A DNA stretch of 64,000 nucleotides from an uncultured Bacilli bacterium (GCA_934097085.1 CAKONK010000001.1:4221-68220), one strand, 5' to 3'; shown: positions 10,000 through 22,950, numbered from the stretch's first letter. The notes: a model not told the origin generated them from the sequence alone. Translations and numbers: made by a program.

Positions 10000-10119
10000 T
10001 TAGAAAATTGGTCCCATTATTATTGCAAGTAAGATAAATAAAATTAATACTATGAAAAAATAATTATTAAATCCATTTAAACAGTTTTCTGTTGGATTTT
10101 TTTTATTACAACAACTCAT
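10000..10119 (-). CDS. Tiny transmembrane peptide (39 aa), YjcZ-like
   Basis: Not in the ORF track. My translation is MSCCNKKNPTENCLNGFNNYFFIVLILFILLAIIMGPIF. The upstream sequence is agaggtgtaat before the ATG at 10119-10117. Confidence 0.5.
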   Translation of the reverse strand: MSCCNKKNPTENCLNGFNNYFFIVLILFILLAIIMGPIF

Positions 10120-10128
10120 ATTACACCT

Positions 10129-10215
10129 CTAAATATAAGCACCGACTATGATTATAAGAAGTATAAATAATACTAATATAATCGCAGCTCCAAGACCATT
10201 TCCACAATGATTCAT
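10129..10215 (-). CDS. Tiny transmembrane peptide (28 aa), YjcZ-family sporulation-type peptide
   Basis: Internal Met of track ORF 10129..10314, preceded by a perfect RBS (aaaggaggaatttatATG). The peptide MNHCGNGLGAAIILVLFILLIIIVGAYI matches the G-G-(A/F)-ILVLFILLIIVG pattern of the tiny-TM family. Confidence 0.65.
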   Translation of the reverse strand: MNHCGNGLGAAIILVLFILLIIIVGAYI

Positions 10216-10374
10216 ATAAATTCCTCCTTTTTGTCTTTTCATAATATTAAATGCTAAATAATTAATTTTGACACTCATATTTAGTTTACTTTTACATATA
10301 ATAATTTCTAACAATAACCTATTTTTATTGTATTTTTCCCTTATAGTTGCTATAATTAACTTATGGAGGTAAAG

Positions 10375-11409
10375 ATGAAAAAGAAAATAGTATTAGCTAT
10401 GGCACTTACGCTTCTTTTAACAGGATGTGGAAAAGTACCAAAATTAGAAAATGGAAAGGATGCAGTAGTAAGTTTTAAAAATGGTGATAAAATCAGTGTA
10501 GATGATTTATATACACAAATGAAAGACAAATATGCCTTATCTATACTTGTAAATATGATAGATAAAAAAGTTTTAGAGGAAACTTTTAAAGATAATATTG
10601 AAAAAGCAAAAAAAGCTTCAGAAAGTTATTTAAGTGGATTAAAAGAAAGTTATGAAACTGAAGAAAAATTACTTGTGGCTATACAACAATATTATGGTTT
10701 CTCTACTTTAGATGAATATAAAGAACAAGTATATTTAAGTTATATGCAATCATATGCAGTAGAGGCTTATGCAAAAGAAAAAATAACTGACAAAGAAATT
10801 GAAAATTATTATAAAAATATGGAAAATGATATTGAAGTTAGTCATATTTTAATTACACCACAAGTTACTGATAAAATGACTGATGATGAAAAGAAAAAAG
10901 CTGAAACTGAAGCTGAAACAAAAGCAAAATCAATCATTACTGAACTTAAAGATGCAGTTAAAAAAGGTTCATCAGTTGCTGATGCTTTCTCAGAACTTGC
11001 TAAAAAATATAGTGAAGATGAATCAACAAAAGATAAAGGTGGTTCTTTAGGTGAAGTTAATAAAACCACTTTAGGAGACTCATACACAAATCTTGTAAAT
11101 AAAGCATATTCTTTAAAAGATGGAGCATATAGCACTGAAGTCCTTAAAACTGACAATGGATATCATGTTATAATGAGAAATAAAACTTATGATAAAAAAG
11201 AATTAAAAGATGTTAAACAGCAAATTATTGAAACTTTAGCAAAAGAAAAAATGAAAAATGATAATACAATTTCTGTAAATGCTCTTCAACATTACCGTAA
11301 AGAAAAAGGTATGGAAATCGAAGATTCTACACTTGCTACTCAATATTCAAATTATATTTCAAATACACTTGCATCTTTAACACAAGAAAAAAATAATACT
11401 ACAAAATAA
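10375..11409 (+). CDS. prsA: Foldase lipoprotein PrsA (parvulin-type peptidyl-prolyl isomerase)
   Basis: Lipobox LLLTGCGK. Parvulin core IEVSHILI...GGSLGEV...GYHVIM. I moved the start to the ATG at 10375 because GGAGG lies at 10366-10370, inside the track's N-terminal extension. Confidence 0.85.
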   Translation: MKKKIVLAMALTLLLTGCGKVPKLENGKDAVVSFKNGDKISVDDLYTQMKDKYALSILVNMIDKKVLEETFKDNIEKAKKASESYLSGLKESYETEEKLLVAIQQYYGFSTLDEYKEQVYLSYMQSYAVEAYAKEKITDKEIENYYKNMENDIEVSHILITPQVTDKMTDDEKKKAETEAETKAKSIITELKDAVKKGSSVADAFSELAKKYSEDESTKDKGGSLGEVNKTTLGDSYTNLVNKAYSLKDGAYSTEVLKTDNGYHVIMRNKTYDKKELKDVKQQIIETLAKEKMKNDNTISVNALQHYRKEKGMEIEDSTLATQYSNYISNTLASLTQEKNNTTK

Positions 11410-11464
11410 GGTATCTATAATGATATCTTTTTTTATGTAAGCATATTTTATAATATGGAGGTTT

Positions 11465-11956
11465 ATGAATACTGTTTTAAATAATTTTTTAGTTACTGGT
11501 AAAATTAATAATTTAGATACCACTATAACATCTAATATTATTTCTGTTGAGGTTCCAAGTTCACCACTTTCTATATCTAAATTAGCTAATAAAAATATTT
11601 GGTCAGATGGAATATTAAAATATTCAATTATAATCACAAATAATTCAAATTCAAATATTACAAATGGCATTTTCAAAGATGTTATTAATCCAAAATATGC
11701 AAATGTTATACCAAGTAGTGTTTTAGTAAACGGAAGTACTTTACCATTTACTTATAATAAAGCAACAGGTCAATTAGAAATTAATAATTTAAATATAAAT
11801 GCAAATGAAATAGTAACAGTTACCTACTCTGTTTCTAAAAAAGTAAATGAAGTTTTTGTATTAAATAATACAGCATATTTAAATGATATAGCAAGTAACA
11901 CTGTAAAAGTAACAAGTATCTTAATTAGAAATTGTAATAATTTTGCACGTAAATAG
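11465..11956 (+). CDS. DUF11 (conserved repeat domain) protein with no signal peptide
   Basis: GGAGG RBS. DUF11-like pattern SDGILKYSIIITNNSNSNITNGIFKDVINPKYANVIPSSVLVNG...VTVTYSV. Confidence 0.6.
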   Translation: MNTVLNNFLVTGKINNLDTTITSNIISVEVPSSPLSISKLANKNIWSDGILKYSIIITNNSNSNITNGIFKDVINPKYANVIPSSVLVNGSTLPFTYNKATGQLEINNLNINANEIVTVTYSVSKKVNEVFVLNNTAYLNDIASNTVKVTSILIRNCNNFARK

Positions 11957-12014
11957 GACTATTTAATTAATTAATATAATTTTAAAAACATATAATTATT
12001 ATGGAGGTAATAAA

Positions 12015-12407
12015 TTGATAAATGAATTAAATAATACAGCAAATGTATCGGGAACTATAAATGGACAAACTACTACTCTTACTTCGAATACACTGGAGGT
12101 GAATGTTATAAACGGTTTAACCGCAGTTAAAAGTGCTGATAAAACATCTTGGGCTGATGGTGAACTTACTTATACTTTAACTATTAATAACACTACTGGA
12201 CAAACTTATACATCACCAGTAATTACTGATACTCTTGATACTACGCTTGTTACATTTGTACCAGATAGTGTTACAATTAATGGTTCAGCAGCTACATCAA
12301 GTCAGTATACATATAATAATTCTAATGGACTACTTACTGTTAATCTTAGTGATATTGCAACTGATGGAACTGCCACTGTTACATTCAAAGTTACAAAAAA
12401 TAATTAA
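12015..12407 (+). CDS. DUF11 (conserved repeat domain) protein with no signal peptide, paralog of the preceding gene
   Basis: TTG start 7 nt after GGAGG (12003-12007). Pattern ADGELTYTLTINNTTGQTYTSPVITDTLDTTLVTFVPDSVTINGS...ATVTFKV. Confidence 0.6.
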   Translation: MINELNNTANVSGTINGQTTTLTSNTLEVNVINGLTAVKSADKTSWADGELTYTLTINNTTGQTYTSPVITDTLDTTLVTFVPDSVTINGSAATSSQYTYNNSNGLLTVNLSDIATDGTATVTFKVTKNN

Positions 12408-12411
12408 AATT

Positions 12412-12441
12412 AAAACATCAGCCAAAAAACTGATGTTTTTT
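12412..12441. terminator. Bidirectional terminator between the DUF11 gene and recX
   Basis: Hairpin aaaacatcag-ccaaaaaa-ctgatgtttt, flanked by A and T runs. Confidence 0.65.
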
Positions 12442-13159
12442 AAAAACCTTTTGTATATAGTTTTTGTTTAGTAAGAATATCTGCCTTTTCTGGTGGATAT
12501 TTTTTTATAAGTTTATTATATATTTTATCATATTCTTTTTGATAAATATCTTTATCATCAAATTCTACTTTTTCAAGTATTTCCCTATAATTGGTGTAAC
12601 CCAAATTTCTTAAATCATTACCTACTTTTGTAATAAACATTCTTTTAGATAATTTATGATTGGCTTTAAGTTTTTTATTAATAATTTTATTTATTCTTTC
12701 TTCATTAATACTATCAAATAAACATAAATATTTTAAAATGTCTTCTTCCTTAAAACCATTTTTTAAAAGCTCTCTTTTAACTTTTTCTGGTCCCTCTAAA
12801 GAAAGATTAATTTTATCATTTATATATGATTTTATATATAGTTCATCATTTAAGTAGCCTTGCTCTTTTAGTTTATCAATTATTTTATCTTGATCTTTTT
12901 TTAAAATAAATAAAGTATTAAGTTTATTTCTAATTTCATTTTCAGTTCGAAGACGAATACTTACAAATTTAATAATTTTATAATATGCATCATAGAAGTT
13001 ATTATCCTTTATAATATTTTCAAATAAAGTTTTGTCAATTTCTTTTTTAGAAAAAAGTAAGTATTTTAAAATAGTATCTTGATATAAATTATATTTTTCA
13101 TTATCAATTGTTACTACATACTTACCATTTTTATTTAATTTTATACTAGTAATTTTCAA
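12440..13159 (-). CDS. recX: RecA regulator RecX
   Basis: Three-repeat helical pattern, e.g. RLRTENEIRNKL...DKIIDKLKEQGYLNDELYIKSYINDK and KVKRELLKNGF. Size is 239 aa. Confidence 0.7.
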   Translation of the reverse strand: MKITSIKLNKNGKYVVTIDNEKYNLYQDTILKYLLFSKKEIDKTLFENIIKDNNFYDAYYKIIKFVSIRLRTENEIRNKLNTLFILKKDQDKIIDKLKEQGYLNDELYIKSYINDKINLSLEGPEKVKRELLKNGFKEEDILKYLCLFDSINEERINKIINKKLKANHKLSKRMFITKVGNDLRNLGYTNYREILEKVEFDDKDIYQKEYDKIYNKLIKKYPPEKADILTKQKLYTKGF

Positions 13160-13161
13160 GT

Positions 13162-14148
13162 TTAATTTTGTTCCTTTGCAAGATAATTTGATGCTACTTC
13201 ATCTAAATCTTTTATTAAAGCATCAACATCCTTCTTTTCACTTATTCTTGCTCCAGATGCATATTGATGTCCACCGCCATTATATTTAGAGGCAACTTCA
13301 TTTATAATTGGTCCTCTTGAACGAATATTTACTTTATATATTTCATTTCTTTCATCATAAGTGATAAAACACCATACATTTAATTCTTCGATAAAATTAA
13401 AATTATTTATTAGTACTGAAGCAGCAGATAAATCTACTTTATATTCTTCGACTACTTTATTATCAATTAAAATATATCCAAACTTATTATCAGTAATTAC
13501 TAAATTATTAATTATATAAGCCTCAAACTTACATTCATTAAAACTTTTTTGGTATAGATTTGCATAAAGATTTGTAAAATCAAGATTATAATCCTTACAT
13601 AATTTAGCAGCCATTTCAAATGTTCCTACAGTAGTATTTTTAAATAAAAATCTTTCACTATCAGAAACAATTCCTAAAAATAATTTTTCAGCAATATCTT
13701 TATCCATAACAAGTTTTGTTTCATAAATAAGATTTGCAACCATTTCACATGTTGAGGAATAATCACTTGATGTAAAATCCGCTGTACCTATAATATCCTC
13801 TTTAGGGTGATGATCTATTTTAACTATATCTTTATAATCTAAATCGTCAGCTCCATCTATTCTATAAAAGTTAGGTACATCAAGTACTATCAAAAGACTA
13901 TTTGTTAAACTATTAAAATCAGGTTTGTCTAAAGAGCCTAAGTACTTAAATTTACTTACACCCGCGCCGACTGCATATACTCTTTTATTTGGAAATGTAA
14001 GTCTAATAGAGTCACGAAGAGCAATTTGACTTGCAACGGCATCTGGATCTGGTCCAATATGTCTAGCAAGAACTATCTCATCATATTTTTTAATTAACTT
14101 AAATATCTTTTTGTATACATCCTTATTTATATTAATCACCCATTTCAA
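13162..14148 (-). CDS. nrnA: DHH/DHHA1 phosphoesterase (NrnA-like oligoribonuclease / pAp phosphatase)
   Basis: Motifs ARHIGPDPDAVAS, KIDHHP (DHH) and GGGHQYASGA (DHHA1). Confidence 0.8.
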   Translation of the reverse strand: MKWVININKDVYKKIFKLIKKYDEIVLARHIGPDPDAVASQIALRDSIRLTFPNKRVYAVGAGVSKFKYLGSLDKPDFNSLTNSLLIVLDVPNFYRIDGADDLDYKDIVKIDHHPKEDIIGTADFTSSDYSSTCEMVANLIYETKLVMDKDIAEKLFLGIVSDSERFLFKNTTVGTFEMAAKLCKDYNLDFTNLYANLYQKSFNECKFEAYIINNLVITDNKFGYILIDNKVVEEYKVDLSAASVLINNFNFIEELNVWCFITYDERNEIYKVNIRSRGPIINEVASKYNGGGHQYASGARISEKKDVDALIKDLDEVASNYLAKEQN

Positions 14149-15322
14149 TTTTTAACTTCATTGTATCTTGGGCAATTAAAAGTTCTTCATTAGTTGGTAA
14201 AATGTAAACTGGAATTGTAGAGTCTTCAGCAGAAATTTTCTTATATTCTCCACGAACATTATTTAAAGTGTCATCAAGTTTTACACCTAATGACTTGATT
14301 CTATCTACAACCATTTTTCTCATTCTTGCACTGTTTTCACCGACACCAGCAGTAAATACGATAGCATCCGCTCCACCAAGCATATTGTTATACACAGCAA
14401 TATAGTTAGCAATTTTTTGTGCATACATATTTTCCGCTAAAACAGCCATTTTATTTCCTTCCATTGCGGCATTTTCAACATCTCTTGCATCTGATGATAT
14501 TCCTGATACTCCTAAAAAACCACTCTTCTTATTTAAATCATTAGTAATTTCTGAAATAGTTTTACCAGTTTTGTTACATACATATTCTAAAATAGATGGA
14601 TCGATATCACCACATCTTGTTCCCATCATAACACCTGCAAGTGGAGTAAATCCCATTGAAGTATCTACTACTTTACCTTCATCAATAGCACAAAGTGATG
14701 CACCATTTCCAATATGACAAGTAATAACTTTTAATTCTTCATTTTCAAGTTTTTTACAAAGTTCTCCGTATACAAATCTATGACTTGTTCCGTGGAAACC
14801 ATATTTTCTTACACCATATTTTTCATACCATTCATAAGGTACTGGATATAAGAAATGTTCTTCATCCATTGTTTGATGGAATCCTGTATCAAATACACCA
14901 ACATTTATTACTCCAGGAAGGGCTTTCATAAATGCCTCAACTCCAAGAAGGTTTGCTGGATTATGAAGTGGTCCAAGTTCATTATATTTACTTATTCTTG
15001 CAACAACATCTTCATTTAAAACTACTGGATGAGTAAATTCTGCTCCTCCGTGTAGAATTCTATGACCTATTCCTTCGATTTCATTTAATGATGAAACAAT
15101 ATGCATATCTACTAAATCTTTAATTAAGCATTCAACAGCTACAGAATGATCTTTTAAATATACTTCTTTTCTGGTTTTTTCTCCATCATATTTAATTGTA
15201 TAGAAACTATCTTTTAGACCTATTTTTTCAAATACACCACTTGCAATAGCCTCAGTTTTTGGTAATTCAAATAAAGTAAATTTTAATGATGAACTACCTG
15301 CGTTTATTGATAATATTTTCAT
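14132..15322 (-). CDS. ackA: Acetate kinase
   Basis: ILSINAGSSSLKF at the N-terminus, plus HRILHGG, GFHGTSH and GVGENS. Confidence 0.95.
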   Translation of the reverse strand: MKILSINAGSSSLKFTLFELPKTEAIASGVFEKIGLKDSFYTIKYDGEKTRKEVYLKDHSVAVECLIKDLVDMHIVSSLNEIEGIGHRILHGGAEFTHPVVLNEDVVARISKYNELGPLHNPANLLGVEAFMKALPGVINVGVFDTGFHQTMDEEHFLYPVPYEWYEKYGVRKYGFHGTSHRFVYGELCKKLENEELKVITCHIGNGASLCAIDEGKVVDTSMGFTPLAGVMMGTRCGDIDPSILEYVCNKTGKTISEITNDLNKKSGFLGVSGISSDARDVENAAMEGNKMAVLAENMYAQKIANYIAVYNNMLGGADAIVFTAGVGENSARMRKMVVDRIKSLGVKLDDTLNNVRGEYKKISAEDSTIPVYILPTNEELLIAQDTMKLKIEMGD

Positions 15323-15521
15323 TTTCTTTCACCTCAAAATTATTATACAAAAAAAAAGCAACTTTTGCTACCTTTTTCTTTTCTTTTCCGTTATAATTAT
15401 ATGATTTTTCAAGTATTTATATATACTATTTCTAATTTGTTTGATTGACATTAATAAAATAGGAAGTACTAAGTAAAGTTATATGCTCGGTATAACAATA
15501 TTTAATCAAAAATAATGGATA

Positions 15522-18375
<2,854 letters not shown>

Positions 18376-18376
18376 A

Positions 18377-20470
18377 TTATTTCACCTTCCTAATTCCTTT
18401 ATAATTTTTTAAAAACTTTTTAACACCAAATCTTTGATGAAATGCAATTGTTATAAATTTATCATCAACACTTACTACTACACCTTTACCAAATGTTAAG
18501 TGGGTAACAATATCTCCATTTTTAAATTCTTCACTAGATGAATTATCATCTGAATATAATAATTTTGTTTTAAGTGAGTGCATTTCATTTTTAGCTTCCT
18601 CTTTATCAAGTAAATTATCACTAATCTCACTAATAAATCTACTCGGAGGATTCATCTGCATATTGCCATATAGCATCCTTCTTCCTGCGTTAAGTAAATA
18701 TAGTTTTTCTTTTGCACGAGTTATAGCTACATACATAAGTCTTCTTTCTTCTTCGAGTTCTTCATCATCATATAATGCTTTTGAAATTGGCATAATATTT
18801 TCTTCAAGACCGATAATAAAGACTATTTTAAATTCAAGACCTTTTGCAGAGTGTACTGTCATAAGAGTTACAGCATCAGCATCTAAAGAATACTCAGCGG
18901 CATCTGATACAAGAGAAACCTCCATTAAGAAATCAGATAAATTAACATTACCAGTTTCTTTTTCATAAGTTTCAGAAACGCTTCGAAATTCCATTAAGTT
19001 TTCAAGTCTAATATCACTTTCAAGACTTTTATCATTTTCATATGTTTCCTTCATTTTAGATAACTCTAAAGTTTTATCAATAAGACCAGTTATCGAAGTA
19101 TCTTTACTTATTTCAATTAAATTTAAAATTAAATTCTTAAATTCTAGTTCTTTACCACTATCAATTGCTTCAAACATTGATATATTTAAACTTCCTGCTT
19201 TTTCCCTTAAGTTTTCAATAGTTTTATCACCTATTTTTCTTTTAGGTTCATTAATAACTCTTTCTAGTGAAACATCATCACTAGGATTAGCAATAAGTTT
19301 TAAATATGCAAGTAAGTCTTTAATTTCTTTTCTTTTATAAAAATAAAATGAACCAAACACTTTATAAGGCATATTAGCTTTAACTAAAGCATCTTCGATT
19401 GAACGTGATTGAGCATTAGTTCTGTAGAAAATAGCCATATCTTTACGATTATAACCTTCTTCGCATAGTTTTTGGATTTCATCCACTACTCTTTTATTTT
19501 CCATAGAATCATTAAATGTTCTAATATATTTTATTTTTACTCCTTGACCTAAATCCGAAAATAAATCTAAATCTTTTCTTTGTTTATTATGTGATATTAC
19601 TTCATTAGCCGCATCAAGTATTGTTTGAGTACTACGATAATTCTGAGGAAGTTTTATTACTGTGCAACCTTTAAAGTCTTTTTCAAAATTTAAAATATTT
19701 TGATAATTTGCTCCCCTGAAAGCATAAATAGATTGAGATGGATCTCCGACTACAAAAAGATTTAAATATTTTTTAGAAAGTAGTTTTACAAGTTTATATT
19801 GTACTTCATTTGTATCTTGATATTCATCTATTAAAATATATTTAAATTTATCTTGATATTTTTCTAATACTTCTTTATTACTATTAAATAATTCTACTGG
19901 TTTTTTTAATAAATCATCAAAATCTAAAGTATTATTTCTTTTTAATATTTTTTCATATTCATAATATATTTTTACCGCTATTTTCTCATTTTCTGAAATT
20001 AAAAAGTTAGCTATTTCACTTTCTGAAAGCATATTATTTTTAATAAAGGAAATCTTACTTTTTATAAAAGCAGGACTTATCATTTTATCAGTGATATTTA
20101 AATCTTTCATTATTTTTTTAATAATACTAGTTTGATCTTCAGTATCTATTAAAGTAAATGCAGAAGTCAAATTAAACAAAGCACTATTTTCTCTAATTAT
20201 TTTTAAGCCAAATGAATGAAATGTTCCAATAAAGGCATCATGAGCATTTATAATGTTATTTACTCTTTCTCTCATTTCTCCAGCTGCTTTATTTGTAAAT
20301 GTGATAGCAAGTATATTGTAAGGTTTTACGCCATTTTCTATCAAATTTGCAATTCTTGTTGTTAATACTTTTGTTTTACCAGAACCCGCTCCAGCGATAA
20401 CTAAACACGGACCATCCTTGAATGTTGCCGCTTTTTTTTGTTCATTATTTAATTTTTCTATATAGTCCAT
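18377..20470 (-). CDS. pcrA: ATP-dependent DNA helicase PcrA (UvrD family)
   Basis: AGAGSGKT, DEYQDTN, NYRST, TVHSAKGLEF and VAITRAK. Confidence 0.95.
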   Translation of the reverse strand: MDYIEKLNNEQKKAATFKDGPCLVIAGAGSGKTKVLTTRIANLIENGVKPYNILAITFTNKAAGEMRERVNNIINAHDAFIGTFHSFGLKIIRENSALFNLTSAFTLIDTEDQTSIIKKIMKDLNITDKMISPAFIKSKISFIKNNMLSESEIANFLISENEKIAVKIYYEYEKILKRNNTLDFDDLLKKPVELFNSNKEVLEKYQDKFKYILIDEYQDTNEVQYKLVKLLSKKYLNLFVVGDPSQSIYAFRGANYQNILNFEKDFKGCTVIKLPQNYRSTQTILDAANEVISHNKQRKDLDLFSDLGQGVKIKYIRTFNDSMENKRVVDEIQKLCEEGYNRKDMAIFYRTNAQSRSIEDALVKANMPYKVFGSFYFYKRKEIKDLLAYLKLIANPSDDVSLERVINEPKRKIGDKTIENLREKAGSLNISMFEAIDSGKELEFKNLILNLIEISKDTSITGLIDKTLELSKMKETYENDKSLESDIRLENLMEFRSVSETYEKETGNVNLSDFLMEVSLVSDAAEYSLDADAVTLMTVHSAKGLEFKIVFIIGLEENIMPISKALYDDEELEEERRLMYVAITRAKEKLYLLNAGRRMLYGNMQMNPPSRFISEISDNLLDKEEAKNEMHSLKTKLLYSDDNSSSEEFKNGDIVTHLTFGKGVVVSVDDKFITIAFHQRFGVKKFLKNYKGIRKVK

Positions 20471-20557
20471 ATTTCACTCTCCGTAAAATAATTATATCAA
20501 ATTTAATTTAACTATAAAAGGTTATAGACACTTTTATTTATTTTTTGTATAATTTAA

Positions 20558-21178
20558 ATGGTGATAAAATTGAAAAAGAAAATATTATTATTAGGATTAT
20601 TAGTTTTTATGATATGTGGTTGTTCAAAAAATAATGAAAAACCTAAAGAAAATCCTATTGTAACAATGAGTATCAAAGACTTTGGGGATATTAAAATTGA
20701 ACTTTATCCAGATATTGCTGAAAATACCGTGGCAAATTTTGTAACTTTAGTCGAAGATAAATTTTATGATAATAATACTATTCATAGAGTTCAAAAAGGT
20801 TTTGTAATTCAAGGTGGAGATCCTACCGGTACAGGAACTGGTGGACCTGGTTATTCTATCAAAGGTGAGTTTACTCAAAATGGATATCGTAATAATTTAT
20901 CACATACTAAAGGTGTTATTTCAATGGCAAGAAGTTCTGACCCAGATTCTGCAGGAAGTCAATTTTTCATTGTTTTATCTGATGAAGCAGCACCATCACT
21001 TGATGGAATGTATGCTGGGTTTGGTAAAGTAATCGAAGGCATGGATGTTATTGAAAAAATAGAAAATACTGAATTTGAAATTGATAATGAAGTTTATGGA
21101 ACACTTAAAAAGCCTCTTACAATTGAAAAGGCTACAGTAGACACTAAGGGCTATACTTACAAAGTAACTAAAAAATAG
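20558..21178 (+). CDS. Cyclophilin-type peptidyl-prolyl isomerase lipoprotein
   Basis: Lipobox FMICGCSK. Cyclophilin motifs FHRV-like IHRVQKGFVIQGGDP and GSQFFIV. Confidence 0.9.
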   Translation: MVIKLKKKILLLGLLVFMICGCSKNNEKPKENPIVTMSIKDFGDIKIELYPDIAENTVANFVTLVEDKFYDNNTIHRVQKGFVIQGGDPTGTGTGGPGYSIKGEFTQNGYRNNLSHTKGVISMARSSDPDSAGSQFFIVLSDEAAPSLDGMYAGFGKVIEGMDVIEKIENTEFEIDNEVYGTLKKPLTIEKATVDTKGYTYKVTKK

Positions 21179-21668
21179 TTACTTTTTTATTTTGGGTAAT
21201 ACTATGAATATCACTTATACTAATATGAGCATTTTTATCTATTCTTTTTATATTTGTTAAAACCTTTTTAATACCTTTTTTACTGCACTCTATAATAAAC
21301 ATTTTATCTTTATTTTTTAAATTAATCTCAGTTATAAAGTCAGTACTTTCCTTTAAGAAATTTGAAAGAATTTCTCCCTCTTTAGTAACAATCATAATAT
21401 TTACTTTTCCCTTAATTAAATAATTTGTTATAGTGCCACCGATTAAATTACCTGTGCTATAACCAAGAGCATAACTTATAGGAATCCATATTGAATCAAT
21501 ATTTACATTAATTGCTTTTCTAGCTACAATAAACCAAATAAGAATTTCAAAAAAAGAAATGATAGTTGAAAATATAGTTTTACCTTTTAAAGTAAAAAAA
21601 GTTCTTATTGTATTAAGGGAAACATCAAATATACGAGCAAAAAATATTTCTATACAAATATTAATCAT
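21168..21668 (-). CDS. UPF0316/DUF2179 family membrane protein
   Basis: Three N-terminal TM segments followed by a soluble C-terminal domain. Its start overlaps the stop of the sigma factor gene. Confidence 0.55.
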   Translation of the reverse strand: MINICIEIFFARIFDVSLNTIRTFFTLKGKTIFSTIISFFEILIWFIVARKAINVNIDSIWIPISYALGYSTGNLIGGTITNYLIKGKVNIMIVTKEGEILSNFLKESTDFITEINLKNKDKMFIIECSKKGIKKVLTNIKRIDKNAHISISDIHSITQNKKVTIF

Positions 21669-22441
21669 TTTATAAGTCTTCTTACTTTAGATAGAGCACA
21701 CTTTTCAATTCTTGATACTTGAGCCTGTGATATATTTAAAGTTCCTGCGATTTCAGTTTGAGTTTTACCAATTACATATCTTTCTAATAAAATATTTTTT
21801 TCTCTGTCATTAATTTTGTTTAAGGCTTTATAAAGGCCTATCATTGTATCATTATCAATACTTCCTTTTTTATTATCCGCAAGGCGCTCTTCAAGATAAA
21901 TAGCATTATCACCATCATTATAAACTGGTTCAAATATACTAACTGGATCTTTTAAAGAATCTAGTGCAAATCCTACATCATATTCACTCATTGAAAGACT
22001 ACTTGCAATTTCATAACACTTTGGTTCCCTACCATTTTTATTAATAAAATCTTCCTTAAATCTTAATATTTTATAAGCATCATCTTTAATACTTCTTGCA
22101 ATACGCATTTGAGTATTATCTCTTAAATATTTTTTAATTTCACCAATGATAAGGGGAACAGCATAAGTTGATAACTTCAAATTATATGATAAATCAAAAT
22201 TATCTACAGCTTTTATTAAACCAATTACCCCTACTTGAAATAAATCATCTTGGTTAATACCTGTTTTACTAAAATTTTTAAGTACAGATAATACTAATTT
22301 TAAGTTTCCATTTACAATATCCTCTTTTGCATTTAAATCTCCTGCTTGATATAATTTAAATAATTTAATATTTTCTTCGTGGGTTAAACATTTAAGATTA
22401 CTTGTATTTATACCTGTAATATCTACTTTATAATTACTCAT
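21665..22441 (-). CDS. Sporulation-type sigma-70 family factor (SigF/SigG-like)
   Basis: The N-terminus ITGINTSNLKCLTHEENIKLFKLYQAGDLNAKEDIVNGNLKLVLSVLKNF resembles SigG. Region 4.2 HTH is TQTEIAGTLNISQAQVSRIEK. Confidence 0.75.
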   Translation of the reverse strand: MSNYKVDITGINTSNLKCLTHEENIKLFKLYQAGDLNAKEDIVNGNLKLVLSVLKNFSKTGINQDDLFQVGVIGLIKAVDNFDLSYNLKLSTYAVPLIIGEIKKYLRDNTQMRIARSIKDDAYKILRFKEDFINKNGREPKCYEIASSLSMSEYDVGFALDSLKDPVSIFEPVYNDGDNAIYLEERLADNKKGSIDNDTMIGLYKALNKINDREKNILLERYVIGKTQTEIAGTLNISQAQVSRIEKCALSKVRRLIK

Positions 22442-22546
22442 ATCTTTTTCCTTTCAAAGATATTTTGGTAAAAAACAAAGATTTTTATTCACAAATAAAA
22501 AATGTGAAGCTTTTTTGATATTTTTTTATTAAAAGTTTCACACTAA

Positions 22547-22861
22547 TTATCTTCGATATAAATTATATCTATATTCTCTTTCAGCCTCATGTTTTAAATA
22601 ATTTGCATCTTTACAAATATCTTGCATAATTTTTTCTTTACTACAAATTCTATCTTCGCTTGCCTTAAATTCGGCATAGATGTATATTCTTTTACAAGGA
22701 ACCTCTAAACTATTTAAGGCCTCTTTTATAAAATTTAACATTTCACCTGAATCTTCTTTTCTAACATTAAAATCAAATCCTAAATATTCAGGTCCACCGC
22801 ATCTTACATCAACTGGATCATTTAAAGTGCAATCAACACCAATTCTTACAATATCAATCAT
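22547..22861 (-). CDS. Hypothetical protein (104 aa)
   Basis: ORF with a GGAGG RBS. The track start at 22873 lies inside the RBS (catGGAGGtaaatATG), so I moved the start to 22861. No motif recognised. Confidence 0.5.
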   Translation of the reverse strand: MIDIVRIGVDCTLNDPVDVRCGGPEYLGFDFNVRKEDSGEMLNFIKEALNSLEVPCKRIYIYAEFKASEDRICSKEKIMQDICKDANYLKHEAEREYRYNLYRR

Positions 22862-22950
22862 ATTTACCTCCATGTGAGAAATATCTTACTAAAGTTTTAA
22901 TTTCATGTCAACTTTTTTGTTTCAATACTCCACATATGTTTTTATTAGAA

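Noticed and set aside
15349-15372. A weak hairpin (agcaa-aag-ttgct) plus T9 in the minus sense between ligA and ackA, considered as the ligA terminator
   Set aside because: The stem is only 5 bp, and it lies 27 nt from the ackA start, leaving no room for an ackA promoter. Not called.
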